64,000 nucleotides of DNA from Antedon mediterranea (Eukaryota > Animalia > Echinodermata): contig NC_092672.1 of NCBI RefSeq assembly GCF_964355755.1, positions 7,264,441 through 7,328,440 of the forward strand, given 5' to 3'. The translations under genes and the position numbers were made by a program. Shown one piece after another: positions 1 to 12,378 of the stretch; within the stretch, counting starts at the first letter, position 1, and each line of letters begins with the position of its first letter. The notes under the pieces were generated by a model. It saw nothing but the letters and a program-made list of their open reading frames with translations, searched no databases and had not been told where the DNA came from.

Positions 1-126
1 TGCATGTAAGATATTTCCACATTGAAACCTATTACACACAGGCTCTAAGAATCCTTTTCTAACATCCCAATTGTGTATCTAAAGATATAAGCATTTTATG
101 ATTTTATATTTAAATTTCTTTTTTAG

Positions 127-233
127 AAAATAGTACTTCAACTGTAGCAACTTGTGGTGGTAATTCAGTGTGTTTGATTGACTGCGAGTCGGGCAAAGTT
201 ATGAAGCGTTACAAGCACGAAAATGTTGAAGAG
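127..233 (+). CDS. EED/ESC-family-like WD40 protein, internal exon (gene 5' end lies upstream of window): ..NSTSTVATCGGNSVCLIDCESGKVMKRYKHENVEE
   Basis: Acceptor ttttag at 121-126. The only reading frame continuous with the next exon requires a GC donor (gcaagt at 234-239). Motif VCLIDCESGKVMKRYKHENVEE-FYCLAWT aligns with EED VTLYECHSQGEIRLLQSY..ENFYTCAWT. Confidence 0.55.
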
Positions 234-507
234 GCAAGTTACAAAACGCTGTAAAATTTAGAGAATCTATTTTAAACAATTTTGTATTGGTTGTGCAAAT
301 TCTGTTTTATATATAAAAACATTACAATTTTTTTTTTCTTCTCCCCTCATTATCTTTTTTATTTTTTGTTATTATTTTGTCAAAGTAATATGGGGTCTCC
401 ATCATACAAACCTCCAGGTTTCCTGAGAGACCATTTCATCACTTTCTTGAATCATTTTAGATACAGTACTAATTATTTTATTTGTGAATAAATATATATT
501 TTTGTAG

Positions 508-724
508 GAGTTCTACTGTTTAGCATGGACAACATTAGAAATGGACGTCGGCGACGCAAAGATTGCACGCAAGAGTAATATATTGGCAATTGGCGGTGCT
601 CGTGGTGATGTGAAACTGTTGCACCCTGAGCAATTGATTTGTTATGCTCAGCTCAGAAATTCACGCAAAACATGCTCTATCAATACATTGGTGTTCCATC
701 GTGACAAACCCACTTGGCTTTTTA
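508..724 (+). CDS. EED-like WD40 protein exon: EFYCLAWTTLEMDVGDAKIARKSNILAIGGARGDVKLLHP...LVFHRDKPTWLF
   Basis: Acceptor tttttgtag ending at 507, donor gtaaga at 725. Pattern resembles EED [34 protein letters not shown]. Confidence 0.7.
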
Positions 725-835
725 GTAAGATGGTTTTGAAATTATTTTTTTATTTAACTTATCTTAAAATCTTGCCAACTAGTAACATAATATTCCATTG
801 GCATTATTATGTTATTTAGCAACTTGTATTTTCAG

Positions 836-905
836 GTGGTGCTGAAGATGTTGTATTGTGGGATATTGGTGTTCCGTCTGGACCAGACTATAAATGTAAA
901 TGGGT
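836..905 (+). CDS. EED-like WD40 protein exon: SGAEDVVLWDIGVPSGPDYKCKWV
   Basis: Acceptor attttcag, donor gtaagt at 906. Phase matches the flanking exons. Confidence 0.7.
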
Positions 906-1212
906 GTAAGTAGATTGCAATACATTGTTGATAGGAATAATACACTAAAGGTCAAAGTTCATTCTCTAGGCTTGGGTGTGTCAAAGGTCACACTTTATTG
1001 TTGTTTATTTAACAAGTAAATTTGCTGTGGGTGTCAGTGGCTGGATTTAATAGAGCCTAAGGTACAAATAAAATATGCAACAAGTTAAATAATAAAGTAA
1101 AGCAGCCGGAAAGTTCCAAGATTTCATAAAACCCTATTTATTTTGTCAAGGCTATTAATATTTTATTTCTCCATGCTTTAATATTTTGTTTGTCTATTTT
1201 TTTTTGCAATAG

Positions 1213-1353
1213 AAAATTGTTTTCGTTCCTTCCTCCTGGCACTGGACGAGTTCTGGGAATTGTGTACTCGCCAAAGAATGATTACATAGTTGCAGGCTGT
1301 GAGAATGGATGCTATGGCTGGAATCTACAAACAAAAACTAGTAAAAAAGAAAA
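1213..1353 (+). CDS. EED-like WD40 protein exon: KLFSFLPPGTGRVLGIVYSPKNDYIVAGCENGCYGWNLQTKTSKKE
   Basis: Acceptor ttgcaatag, donor gtaagt at 1354. WD repeat signature. Confidence 0.7.
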
Positions 1354-1603
1354 GTAAGTAGCTATTTTATTTTTATTACACCTTATTTATAGAGGGTGGC
1401 CCTAATCCGTGTATGCGGACAATCAAGGGGCCTCTTTTGATGATGAGTGACAGTGGCTGTGTGTATACTAGTACACTAGGGTAACCCCCTACTCGTCTCG
1501 AAAGATGTACTAGGAAACCCAGCTTAAGGCTACATTCACATTAGTTATAATTCTGACTAATAATTTCTATTTTTCTCGCTCTAACAAATTTATTTTGTTA
1601 CAG

Positions 1604-1713
1604 GGTACACACCTTAGAATTCCTACTGCCAAGTATTGCACGTAGCGAGGAGAATGAAGATGACGAAGGTGATACAATTGATGGCATGGCTGCCATTGAT
1701 GATGACCTTATGG
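1604..1713 (+). CDS. EED-like WD40 protein exon: VHTLEFLLPSIARSEENEDDEGDTIDGMAAIDDDLM (acidic insert)
   Basis: Acceptor ttgttacag, donor gtatgt at 1714. Phase consistent. Confidence 0.65.
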
Positions 1714-1997
1714 GTATGTAACTCTATGATTTTCAGTTTACTAAATAATATCTATTAAATATACATAGAAGATAATGAGACCTCAAACATTGATTCATTC
1801 CAGTCAATTTACACAGACACAGAGTGATAAGAGTAATACAAATATAGAAACTATTTTATACTGTGTTAATAAAAAACAAACTGGACTCGCTCATTGTTTT
1901 ATAGATTCCTCGTTCTCAAGAAATAAGCCAAAGATTTTTTTTTCTCTTGCATATAATCCCATATTATGTTTATAAATATTTTACCTTTCTTTTACAG

Positions 1998-2156
1998 TTA
2001 GTAAAGTTGCTGCTGATAAATCAATTCAGATTTGGAGTTTATCAGAGGCCAGAGAAAAGCAGCAAGCCCGCAAGAAAGAACTTGATATTGTACCTGTACA
2101 TACTCTAAATTGGTCAAGTACAGACAACATCTATATATTACTTAACACATGGCCAG
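1998..2156 (+). CDS. EED-like WD40 protein exon: SKVAADKSIQIWSLSEAREKQQARKKELDIVPVHTLNWSSTDNIYILLNTWP
   Basis: Acceptor cttttacag, donor gtaagg at 2157. Confidence 0.7.
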
Positions 2157-2591
2157 GTAAGGTATCTGAGTAACTGCTAAGTGTATGTTTAAAGAAAGAC
2201 CTGCATATTATAAATAGTATAAACCAACAAAAAAGCTAGAGTTGACACCTCAACTCTGACATCTCGTCTGTGTAAATTGTCCTTATTAAGTCAACATCCA
2301 TAAGACAACACATATAAGGCAGAGGCACATCCATGTTTATTTGATCAAGGCAAACTAACAGGATGCTGAGCTCCAGAGATCAAAGCGTTTATCTGTGGCT
2401 GTGACACGATCAGTTTCACTCCCTTAAAGGAAGCGGGGCATCCCTGAGAATGTGTACATAGTACAGTACTGTTGGTATGTGTCGCAGCCAGACATAAGAT
2501 CAAAGGAATGTTACGAGTTTCTATCTTTGCAAGGCAAGCTCTGTGTCCTGTTGTTAAATTGCCTTGATTTGATATTTATTAATATTTACAG

Positions 2592-2701
2592 GTTGTGGTC
2601 ATATTGTATGTGGTGATGCTAATGGCCCTGTATGGCTTTATGAAGTAAAAGACGTGAAAAAAGGAGCAAACAAAAAAAATATGGATCCAAATCCGTTACA
2701 A
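2592..2701 (+). CDS. EED-like WD40 protein exon: CGHIVCGDANGPVWLYEVKDVKKGANKKNMDPNPLQ
   Basis: Acceptor atttacag, donor gtaagc at 2702. Confidence 0.7.
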
Positions 2702-3144
2702 GTAAGCTGTATTATAATTAAATAGTATTACATATGTTTACAATCGGTTTCAGAGGAAAAGTTATTAGACGTAGTAAATGGCAATGTTCTGCCAGGCCTC
2801 TTCTGTATGAAGTCCAATGTTCAACGATTTAGAACATCCAAGGCTTGGATGGGATTGTACATGTGACTGTGATACAACAGTATAACAGAAAGAAGAAACA
2901 CAGACAAATATTGTGTTTATGTTCTTGTACAAAAATAAACCGCTTTACACGCATAAAATATCCTAAAATAACCAAAAAAGTGTGGAACCACTTTGAAGCT
3001 CCCATATGAGAGCTCACTGGAACAGTATTCAAAGGAGCTCGAGTGAAAAAGGCATCTGTCTATATCCTATCCTACCAAAATAAGAAGTAAAAAGATGTTG
3101 CTTAAGACTTATATAAAAAATAAATGTTTGCCTTTTATTTATAG

Positions 3145-3285
3145 TTATTGGACATCCCTGCTGGAACAGTGAGTTTATCTAAGGAACAGAATTTGATAAT
3201 CAATGATGTTGCTATTAACTCTGATGCAAACTTCATCGTTGGAGTTACAAGCAAGAATATGGTTTGCATTTGGAAGAGATCATAG
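3145..3285 (+). CDS. EED-like WD40 protein terminal exon: LLDIPAGTVSLSKEQNLIINDVAINSDANFIVGVTSKNMVCIWKRS* (stop TAG 3283-3285)
   Basis: Acceptor tatttatag. The C-terminus aligns with the EED tail [27 protein letters not shown]. Confidence 0.7.
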   Translation, partial: LLDIPAGTVSLSKEQNLIINDVAINSDANFIVGVTSKNMVCIWKRS

Positions 3286-3355
3286 TCTTGAACATAGTCC
3301 GCAAAAAACATTTAACATATGGATATTGCATTGCTTCTTAGCTGTCTCCACACTA

Positions 3356-3474
3356 AAGCGTGGTTCCCACTAGCGACGCAACGTAACGCAATCTACGCAA
3401 CGTAAGAAAATGCCCTTCCAACCATTGTGTTTGCCCCGCCTGCGTTGCGTTGCGTTCTAGTGGGAACCACGCTT
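3356..3474. mobile_element. MITE family B (TIR gcgtggttcccactagcgacgcaacg / cgttgcgttctagtgggaaccacgc), 119 bp
   Basis: Terminal inverted repeats of about 26 bp are visible. A related longer copy sits at 63663-64000. Confidence 0.6.
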
Positions 3475-3477
3475 AAG

Positions 3478-3589
3478 TTTGACAAAAAAGGTGTGATGTG
3501 CCCGAATATGATAGTAATATGACAAAATCATGTCCATATATGGTCACATTACATTTTGTTGTCACATAAAGATTGATAGTGTACAGGGC
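3478..3589. mobile_element. MITE family A copy (left TIR lost, abuts MITE-B)
   Basis: Core tttgacaaaaaaggtgtgatgtgccc..atcatgtccatatatgg..cacataaagattgatagtgta shared with 12 other copies. Confidence 0.55.
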
Positions 3590-5184
3590 ACTAGCCTCAT
3601 CATATCTATTGCTTTCCAAACCAGGCTGGCAAATGAGTTGCCTGCTATTACAAGTAGCGTTCATTGTGGTTGAGTGAATCACCATCGTATTTTGATTTTA
3701 TTCTGGTAAAACCTAATCTTTCTTATCAAAATTAAATTTATTTGAATGAATATTTTAATTGGATATTAAATTTTAAAAGTTAAAAACTGAGTTAAGGTAC
3801 ATTTTTACATAAATTGTCGAGTAGATAATAATTAAATAGATAATACAAAATTGGCTCTCAAAATTGTTTGAATTAAGTATGTTAAATCTACAGAATTTTA
3901 TTTGGAATCATTAATTAAAATTGTAAGTCTTATTTTCATATTAACTGTGTATATATTATCAAAGTACAGTATAAATAGAGTTAGGGAGTCCTAATTTATT
4001 ATTACTTTTTTAAACAATGTTATGAGTGTAATTATGTTGCGTTAAAATGACGTTTGGGACATACAGGTATCATTCAACAGATAATTGGTCAATTATTTAA
4101 AAAATAAAACAACTTAATCAGGGAGTCAGAGTTATTATATGGATTGTGTTAATGCTATATACTGCATGCTGATTAATTCAATATACAATAGATTATGTCA
4201 TTCAAAATCATAATTAATTATAACCATTGAATTTCTGTATGGAGGATATATGGATTATTTTTATTCTAAAGCTATTTTTCCAAATCCATACTTAAATGTA
4301 AAGTCTCTACATAAACCAATAATATTCTAGCTTATGTATAATTATTTACCATATATAACATATATTAATTTGTGGGAAAAATTATGTAAAGTATGAACTT
4401 TCTTTTTAAGCGCATTTATGTCCCTTTTTAAGGTCGAGTTTTTTTTTTTAATTCATGCTTTCTGTAAATTGTTACTTTAGTGTGTTTTTTAATGTTTTCA
4501 GTTTATTAGTATCAATAAACAAATTAAGTATTTTCAAATTATGGCATTTATAATAATTATGTGTTTCAAATAATAAATATCGGTGAATATTCATTGCACG
4601 ATATTAATAAAAAGATCAAAGTATGACTAAACATTTTGCATTTAATGATATCAAAAACATATTGATAAATTTGTTCTGCAATGTGTGTGTGTTTACCAAT
4701 CACACATAAGTGAGATATTTCAGTCTTAAGTCAAGATTTCCACTTAAGTGGTATTTACTTTGTGTGATTGGTGAATATGGACACTGGGAAGTAAGAAATC
4801 ATGTTGAATTTGTAAATGAAATAATTGGATAATCTTGCTTGAAATTGCCAATACATACATGTTTTTAATTTTAATGGTTTTGTGTTTTGTTTCCAAAGTG
4901 AATTACACCATAATATTGTAATCTTGAAAAAGTATAATTGAAATCGATCATGATACTCGGAGAAAGCCGAATACAATAAGAACAAAATGTGGGGAAATAA
5001 CCTGCATCTTTGCAGCCTAACTTGGCTGAATTGTGCAGCTTGTTGTACAGCTACCACTAAATGGTGGTGCCATTTGCCAACATGGGCTGAAATGGATTAG
5101 CACACCAGGGTAACTTCCTGCTCTTCAGAAGATGCACTCGGTTCTTTTAAGTTCACACAAGCCAACACAGGACTTGTTCTACCA

Positions 5185-5245
5185 CTAGAACCATTTAGTT
5201 GAGGAGAGCCTTGAACGACTGGTTTGTGGAAGTCTGCCTTCACCA
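5185..5245 (-). CDS. NLK: NLK putative terminal exon 11 (tentative): (S)GEGRLPQTSRSRLSSTKWF*
   Basis: Frame is compatible with the phase-2 end of exon 10 and it ends in W-x-stop like vertebrate NLK ..SPLVWE*. The acceptor is weak, so this is a low-confidence call. Confidence 0.25.
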
Positions 5246-8200
5246 CTCAGTCACTCGACACAATTGTACAAATACACAATGAACCGAATATATACCTTCA
5301 ATTAAGCAGTTTTAAGTGAACGATTCTTTAGTTCTGAAGACAATTGATTCCGTATTTTATAACCAATCAAGTAAAACATTTTTTAATGAAAAACAAAAAC
5401 AATGTATTCTTATTTTTATATTTTATTCATTTTTTTTCAAAACTTTTTCACCATCACCGTAACCTTTGGGGATCTAGTATATTTTATGGTGGTTGGACAT
5501 ACCTTAGACCGCGTATGAATAAATAGACCTCGTACACTCGTTTTAATTGCACTAGGTAACGTGTCCCCACATCTAAAAAAACAACTGACAACTAATAGGT
5601 GCTGCTGTACAAGAATGTTCAGTATTATCTCTTCTACAATAGACATAAAAAAGAAACTATTATTTTACAATACAAATATATGAGTGCTGAATAACCAATA
5701 TAATTAATACAATTACTATAGACGACAGAGGGAAAATAACCTCCCGCGAAAACAGTACATTAACAGCAACTTAGGGAGTCTTATCAAAGTTTTTCTTCAC
5801 AAAGTAATTAGTTCTTAATTATTAATTTGTTCATGCTTAGATACGCTTAATAGTTAAGTAGGAGTCTTAGTGAATAGCATATAGATCTGAACATGATGGT
5901 CACCTCAATCAATACTTTGATACATCCCCTAAAAATACACCCTTAATAAATAATAGATCGTTGCTGTTTCATGGGTGCAGCAAAAACAAAAAAATGTGGC
6001 TCTTAACTGAAATATTACAAATACATATTAAAAGCCAATAATAAAAAAATTACAATATTTATATAGTACACACATAATTAATGATTTGTTGAATTGAATG
6101 GTTTTGAGAATCTTATCTCAATTTTAGCATACTATACAAAAAGGTGCATTTTTTTATACAAACTAATACAGTACAAAATGGTAATAATTGTTCGTATGAA
6201 AACTGAAAACTATTGGCGAAATGCTAAATATTAAAATTTAAAGGATTGGCTGGAAATCAGCACCTCAGTCAGCACATTGTTGAACTATGAAATTACATGT
6301 TGTTTTTAACAACTTTAAAATGATTATTATAACAGTACATACATAAGAGGCAGTTTGCTACACCTCAAAATTCTATTATATGCCTTGCACCTAAGTATTC
6401 AAATACTGTATATTATTTCCGGATCAAACTTTAATGTAAAGCATTTTCTATTGGTATATATCAAAATCATTTGAGATGCATTGGAAAACAAAATCATCTC
6501 ACTGTTACTGTTAAGTTGTACTTGTTTTAAATAAATCACAGTGGACTGTCTCTTGTTTTAATATTGCTAGGACACTGGTGGTACCCACTGGCAAGGTTCG
6601 CACTGGAGACTATTGCTTCATCTTCAGTACTTCCACGTAATAGTGCTTCTTGAGTTCAGTAAATAAATAGCACTCTTAATATTTACAAAATTACTAACCT
6701 TAGACACTACAAACATCTATATTACTACTTCATATCATCTATCTTATTTATATAAGAATAATAAAAATTAATTTATAGCAACAAAGTTTAAAATCAATCA
6801 GATTACCAGATGATTTTGTTCTTTAATCATTGTTCAAACAGTTACTTATAGTGGAGTGTCTTGGATGTCAACATGCCTACCTGGTAGACACATGAAGATG
6901 CATTTATACAAATTGTAAAATTGATGGAAAAACGACATATCAAAACCAGTAACTTTCTGTCGATAAATTTCTCAAAGTAATGACTGACATTTTTTCTGTA
7001 AATACAGAAGCCTTAACGAATTTTTAAGAATGAAATACAGTGTTTTCTAGCATCTTATAAAAGAAATATAAAATAAAAAGTTTGTATAATAGTACTTAAA
7101 CTATAGAAACATAATGTATGGCATGTATAACATTAATAATAATACATCCGTATTTCCAACAAATTCTGAATGGAATTTTCTAAATCAATGGTTATGGTCA
7201 AATTTAAAACAACAAGTCTAGAATTCATACTAAAATACATCCACGATTGTAGAAGTACAAAGCTGTTGTCTTTCTTCATTTGGAATGATGTAAATGATGT
7301 TTCATACCAATTGTTACACTTATCTTGTGTTTTTTTTATAACATGATTAAAAACAAATGATAATCATTAATACAATTATTTACTATGGCACTTATTAGAC
7401 ATAAAACCCTTTTGGATTTCAAAAATAGTTTAGTTACTCTGTACAATGTGAATGAAACAACGTAGCCATGAATAAAATTCAGATTTCACTTCTTTTCTTT
7501 ATACATTAAAAAACATTTAAAATATTCAACTCAATCTTTACAACATGTGTATATAAACATGACTTTCTTTTTTTTTTGTGTTATTTTTATCAAATAGTTT
7601 CTTTGGATCATATTAGAATCTGTAGGTTTTAGATAAATGATTTTGTCTGAATCATACTTTTACGCTTGCTTAATCTTTCATCAGGAATCTCTGAACTTCT
7701 GTGAACTTTTATCAAAACTTGTTGACATTTTTCAAAACTTTTTAACCTTTTATCATGGATTCTTTCTAATTTTATTTAGAATTTCTAAAACTTTTATCAA
7801 GAATGTAATGCAAAAAATATTACTACATTTTTTGCTGAAGCCTAGCACATGGCATTTCAGCAAATTCAGTTTAAAACACGATTGTCATGAATTAACATTT
7901 GTGGAAATAAAACAACACCGCTCTCTTTGAAACACATCAACTGCAGTGTAAACGAGCAGCATATCAATCTGGCTCCTCGCGAATCGTTGCAGCGTGTTTG
8001 TTCATGCATAAATACTAAAGATTCACTGATTGACAGAACTACTGTTTAGAGTTTAAAACATGATCCTTCGTTAATAAATACAAACAAGAATATATTTAAC
8101 ATTAATTACACAAGTTATGTATATTTGGACATTATTTAAATAAAACTAGATTTGTAAATCACAAATTAAAATTAATGAAACATAATTGCCTTTAATCTTT

Positions 8201-10076
8201 TAAAAAATCCCCCTTCGTGTTGATGGAAAATTCAACATACATTCATTATGTAAAGTAAAAATTAAACTTCCCAAATTTGAAAAAAAGAAGAAAAAAACAC
8301 TTTTACTTTACTCAGAATAAGATTATAATTTACATGCATTTTTTTTTCTAGAAAATATGTTATTTATTTGTGAAGTGGATGACATATAATAACCATTCGA
8401 AAGACGTTTTACCTTGAAAGATGAGTTCTAAGCCAATATAATACTACATACGCTTAGTAGTTGTGATTTATGCACCATCAGGCCCAAACTTAGTTAGTTT
8501 TTTGTACTTTCTTTTGGCATGGCAGATAAACAGGGACATTTAAAGTTTTTTCTAAACTTACCCTGACTGTGCCTCTGATTGTACACCCAACAATTTCTAT
8601 TATTAAGTATATTTGGGGAATTGGGATGAAACATTTAATAATTATAAACATTATTTTCCTATCTTTTATATTTTCATGAGCAAAATCACAAAAGGTTTTC
8701 ATTATCTGAAGGTTTAGATAAAAGCAGTTTTTAAAGCAAGGCTTTTTGTTAACAAAACCATTCAACTAAAATAAATTATTGCATTGTTAAAGGCGATTTT
8801 AAACAAGTCTCTGTATTTAAAAAAAAAATGTTTCTTTAATAATCAAAACAATTTCAATAATTTATTATAAATATTGTGTTTTTAAGCCTTTTTAAAATTA
8901 AATGTATTACTGTATTTGATTAATTTTACATTTAATTATTTTATTGCATCGTTTTCATGCAGCGTTTTCACCAGCAATTTTCAGTATTATTGATTATTAA
9001 GTATGAGTGTTATTGTTTCAATTAGATTAAATTTGTCCAATTGAGTTGAGTACACCATAAAATAAAATGTAAAAAAAAAGAAATTATTTTAAACCCATCA
9101 AAATGAAAAAAAAAACAATGACTAAAATAAAAATGATGCCAATGTTGGAAGATAAGTCTAGATTTCTTATATTTATCATAAATTATTAAATTATGCATAT
9201 TTAATACTAGTACTGGTTATGAAGATTACTGAATCACTCTTGGGGAAAAAGAATACGCCAAAAAACACTATACAGTACCTCATGCAAAGACAAAAAAACA
9301 ATCTACATGTAATAAAATAAAACCCGACACGAGGTAGCAATAAAAAATAAAGTCATCAACAAGTATGCAGATCAACTCTGACCCAACATGGACAAAAAGA
9401 ACTTGTTACATTTGTGCAGCATTTAAAATTACATTGAAAAGATGTCTTTAAAATCATCTCCGAATACACTCATAATGATTTTAATATTCTATTAATTGTG
9501 CACATGCATAAAAACTTGATGATTGTACTAGACATCATAGCAGGAATGCTTCACGTAGACGAGTGGAATAGAAGGAACGTTTTTATTCCCACGGTTGAGG
9601 TGTTGGGGGTAGCTCAGTGGCACTAGCTACAGATGAACTAAAAGAACAAACATTTTACACAAAATTGATAAAAAGATAAAAACTGTAAAAACTTCCAATA
9701 ATACTTTTAAAGTTATTAGTCATCATCTTAGGAATAATGCTACCAAGGAAGAGTTAAATTACAACTCTTCCCTGATGCTACTTTCCAAAGTTATGTTTGA
9801 ATAATGATTTAGTAGAATTTATAATTCACATGTTTTGTATTATATTACACTTTAATACAATACTAAACATAAAAAACATTGTTTAAGAAATGTACACAGT
9901 AGTGTTTATCCCCTATCCACAAAAAGAACAGTATTGACATTTGAGAGAATTACAATTTAAATTATAAAAACTGGAATTTCGAACGAATTGAAGGCATAGG
10001 AAGAAACAATGCATCTTAATTCTATTGTAAAGCTAGGTAAAAACAAGGCCATCCAATATTGTCCTCCCCTTATGAT

Positions 10077-10172
10077 TGCAGGGAATAATTTCGCCAGTGT
10101 AGCATAGCAAAAAGCTATACAAAACAACCTTATTGCTACACATTTCTAAAATGTGTAGCAAAAAATACAATA
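10077..10172 (-). mobile_element. MITE family C copy (hairpin ttgctacaca..tgtgtagcaa)
   Basis: Reverse complement matches the copies at 40752-40846 and 41405-41516. Confidence 0.5.
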
Positions 10173-10365
10173 CAAAACTATGTTTCTCGAAAATCAGTTT
10201 GATTAGCAATTTTGCTAAACAAAATTTTAAAATGAAATTTTTCCCTGGATTGGTTTATTGTCTAGGGTGGTTATTGTTCCGATTAATGTCAGAATTGCTA
10301 CGGTTATATCTCCCATGTGGGGTTATATCTCCCATGTGGGCTTATATGTGAAACTATAAACTCAC

Positions 10366-10459
10366 CTCGCAAAGCTCTTGAATGCGGCAGACTGGGGGTT
10401 AATACAAAGGGGGATGTAATTTCCTTGGTGGCGCTCTGTGATGAATTTTAATAGGGATT
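10366..10459 (-). CDS. NLK: NLK exon 10: (E)SLLKFITERHQGNYIPLCINPQSAAFKSFA
   Basis: Acceptor ttaaatttcag, donor gtgagt. Matches vertebrate NLK EIIHQFILEQQKGNRVPLCINPQSAAFKSFI. Confidence 0.8.
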
Positions 10460-11320
10460 CTGAAATTTAAAAAAAAAAAAAATATTTCTTATTTATAAAA
10501 AGCAATGCATAACATATAAAAATAGACAAATTTAACACAATTATGTTGTTGAATATTAGAATAATAAATGTTATTAAAAAAAAGGTTGAATCTAATAATG
10601 ATCAAACCAAGATTGAAATGTTGAATCATTACTACACAATCTCACTGTACAATATTTCAAGAGTTTTATTCCATTATAATACTAATTATCTTCGTCTTAT
10701 TTTGTTCGGTTTTCTGTTTTCTGCGGAAAGGAATACCAGTAGAAAAACTATTGTTAATGTTTAAGGTATAAATAAAATATCCCTTTGTTAAGCCAGGTGC
10801 ACAGTATTAAATGCAAGAGAGTTAACAATCACTAATTTACTTTTTCTCTATGAAACTTATCAACTAATTTCCTTCCTAAAAATCGAGCTGTGTTAAAATG
10901 CAACCCAGATAAACAATTACACATGGATGTCCACACAAACACAACAAACATGTCATTGTAACCACTGAGTTAAATTTCAGAAGAGACAAAATTTAGGTGT
11001 AATTAAATTCAATCAAATAGCATTGTAATTCTTATGTTATTTTGTTGAGATGCAAAGTTTAAAGTTCTTTTAAATTGTTATTTTGATATTGTTGATGACC
11101 TTGGGATTTCAATAAATATTTGTCTAATTGAAATAAAAAGTTGATGTAATCTTTTAATTCCAAGATATGATTAGGTCAAAGGTTAAACAATGCTGCTTAC
11201 AGTATACAAAAATAACAGTCTTTTTAGCAGGGAGTTGTTATTAGATATATAATAACAACTCCCTGTTTATAGTATTCTACAATATTCCATTTCAAACTAC
11301 AGAGATTGCTGTAATCTTGT

Positions 11321-11463
11321 GCTCTGTCTACACTATCAAAATGGTTTGACAAAAAAAGTGTAATGTGCCTAAATACGGTAGTGATATGACATCATCATGT
11401 CCATATACAGTATGGCCACGTCACATTTTTTTGTTGGATAAAGTTTGATAGTGTAGACAGAGC
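11321..11463. mobile_element. MITE family A, complete copy (TIR gctctgtctacactatcaaa / tttgatagtgtagacagagc)
   Basis: Perfect 20-bp TIRs plus an internal palindrome gtgatgtgcc..tatggtagtgatatgac / gtcatatcac.. Confidence 0.7.
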
Positions 11464-11494
11464 TTTACTCTTCCCTGGCTATTCCATTATTTAC

Positions 11495-11693
11495 CTTTGA
11501 CCTGTCGTACAGATGTAAGTCTTGATTCGTAGCTGGAGTCGAATCGTTGAGGTGCGCATGGTTCAAAGTTGGATACGTATTCACGTCCTGTTGGTGTGTT
11601 GTGGCAGCATTGGCACATACAAGTGTGGTAGCGTAAACGGCCTTCGTCAAGGTACGGGTGAGCTAGAGCGTCTGTACAGGAGATACGTTTATC
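11495..11693 (-). CDS. NLK: NLK exon 9: DKRISCTDALAHPYLDEGRLRYHTCMCQCCHNTPTGREYVSNFEPCAPQRFDSSYESRLTSVRQVK
   Basis: Acceptor ttattttctag, donor gtaaat. Near-identical to vertebrate NLK SKRISAKDALAHPYLDEGRLRYHTCMCKCC. Confidence 0.85.
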
Positions 11694-12039
11694 CTAGAAA
11701 ATAAAGGAAGGTGGTCAACAGGGTTCAATGTTTTGGAAGGCAATATACTCAATAAATTAAATTCTTTTGAGAAATCATTATTTATGGGGAACATTATATT
11801 TATTATGTCTTTGTATTTTTTAAACAGACAAGTAAATATGTACATACAAGTACCATACATTTCTTTTTCATTTTATTCTAAAAATATAGTTTATATATTA
11901 TATATAGATTATGACCAAATATAGTAATGACCAAATATAATGATGACCAAATATAGTAATGAGCAAACATAGTTATTAAGGCCAAACTGGGTTGTAGTAC
12001 AAAATAACCTAATACATGTGAACAGGTTTAAAGCATGTT

Positions 12040-12155
12040 TACAGTACACTACCAAACTAGTTTGACAAAAAAAGTGTGATGTGCTCAAATATGGTAGTGA
12101 TATGATGTGATCATGTCCATATTTGGGCATACAAATTTGATAGTATAGACAGAGC
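12040..12155. mobile_element. MITE family A copy (degenerate left end)
   Basis: Shares the family core and the right TIR tttgatagtatagacagagc. Confidence 0.55.
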
Positions 12156-12291
12156 TTAAAGTATTAACAAATGGTTATCATATAAACATGTCATATTGCA
12201 TAATACAATCATTCTAACATATACAATGTTGAAAAAGATTGATAAGTAACTGATCCATATGAATTCCAGATAAACTAAAATTAATACTCAC

Positions 12292-12378
12292 TGGATTAAA
12301 AACGAGCATTCTGCTAAGAAGATGAACTGCCTCGTGTGTTGATTGACTCGATAGTGTGTACAGCGCGGATAAAGATGA
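12292..12378 (-). CDS. NLK: NLK exon 8: SSLSALYTLSSQSTHEAVHLLSRMLVFNP
   Basis: Acceptor ctatattttcag, donor gtgagt. Matches NLK PSLPVLYTLSSQATHEAVHLLCRMLVFDP. Confidence 0.85.

Noticed and set aside
5041-5300. Alternative NLK last-exon frame ending ..PSASSEEQEVTLVC*
   Set aside because: It needs an acceptor with the wrong phase relative to exon 10, so the ..STKWF* frame was preferred. Both remain low confidence.
9601-9640. tRNA-Ala-like 5' half (gggggtagctcagtgg)
   Set aside because: Only the 5' half is present, with no T-arm or acceptor 3' strand, so it is likely a tRNA-derived repeat fragment and not a tRNA gene.
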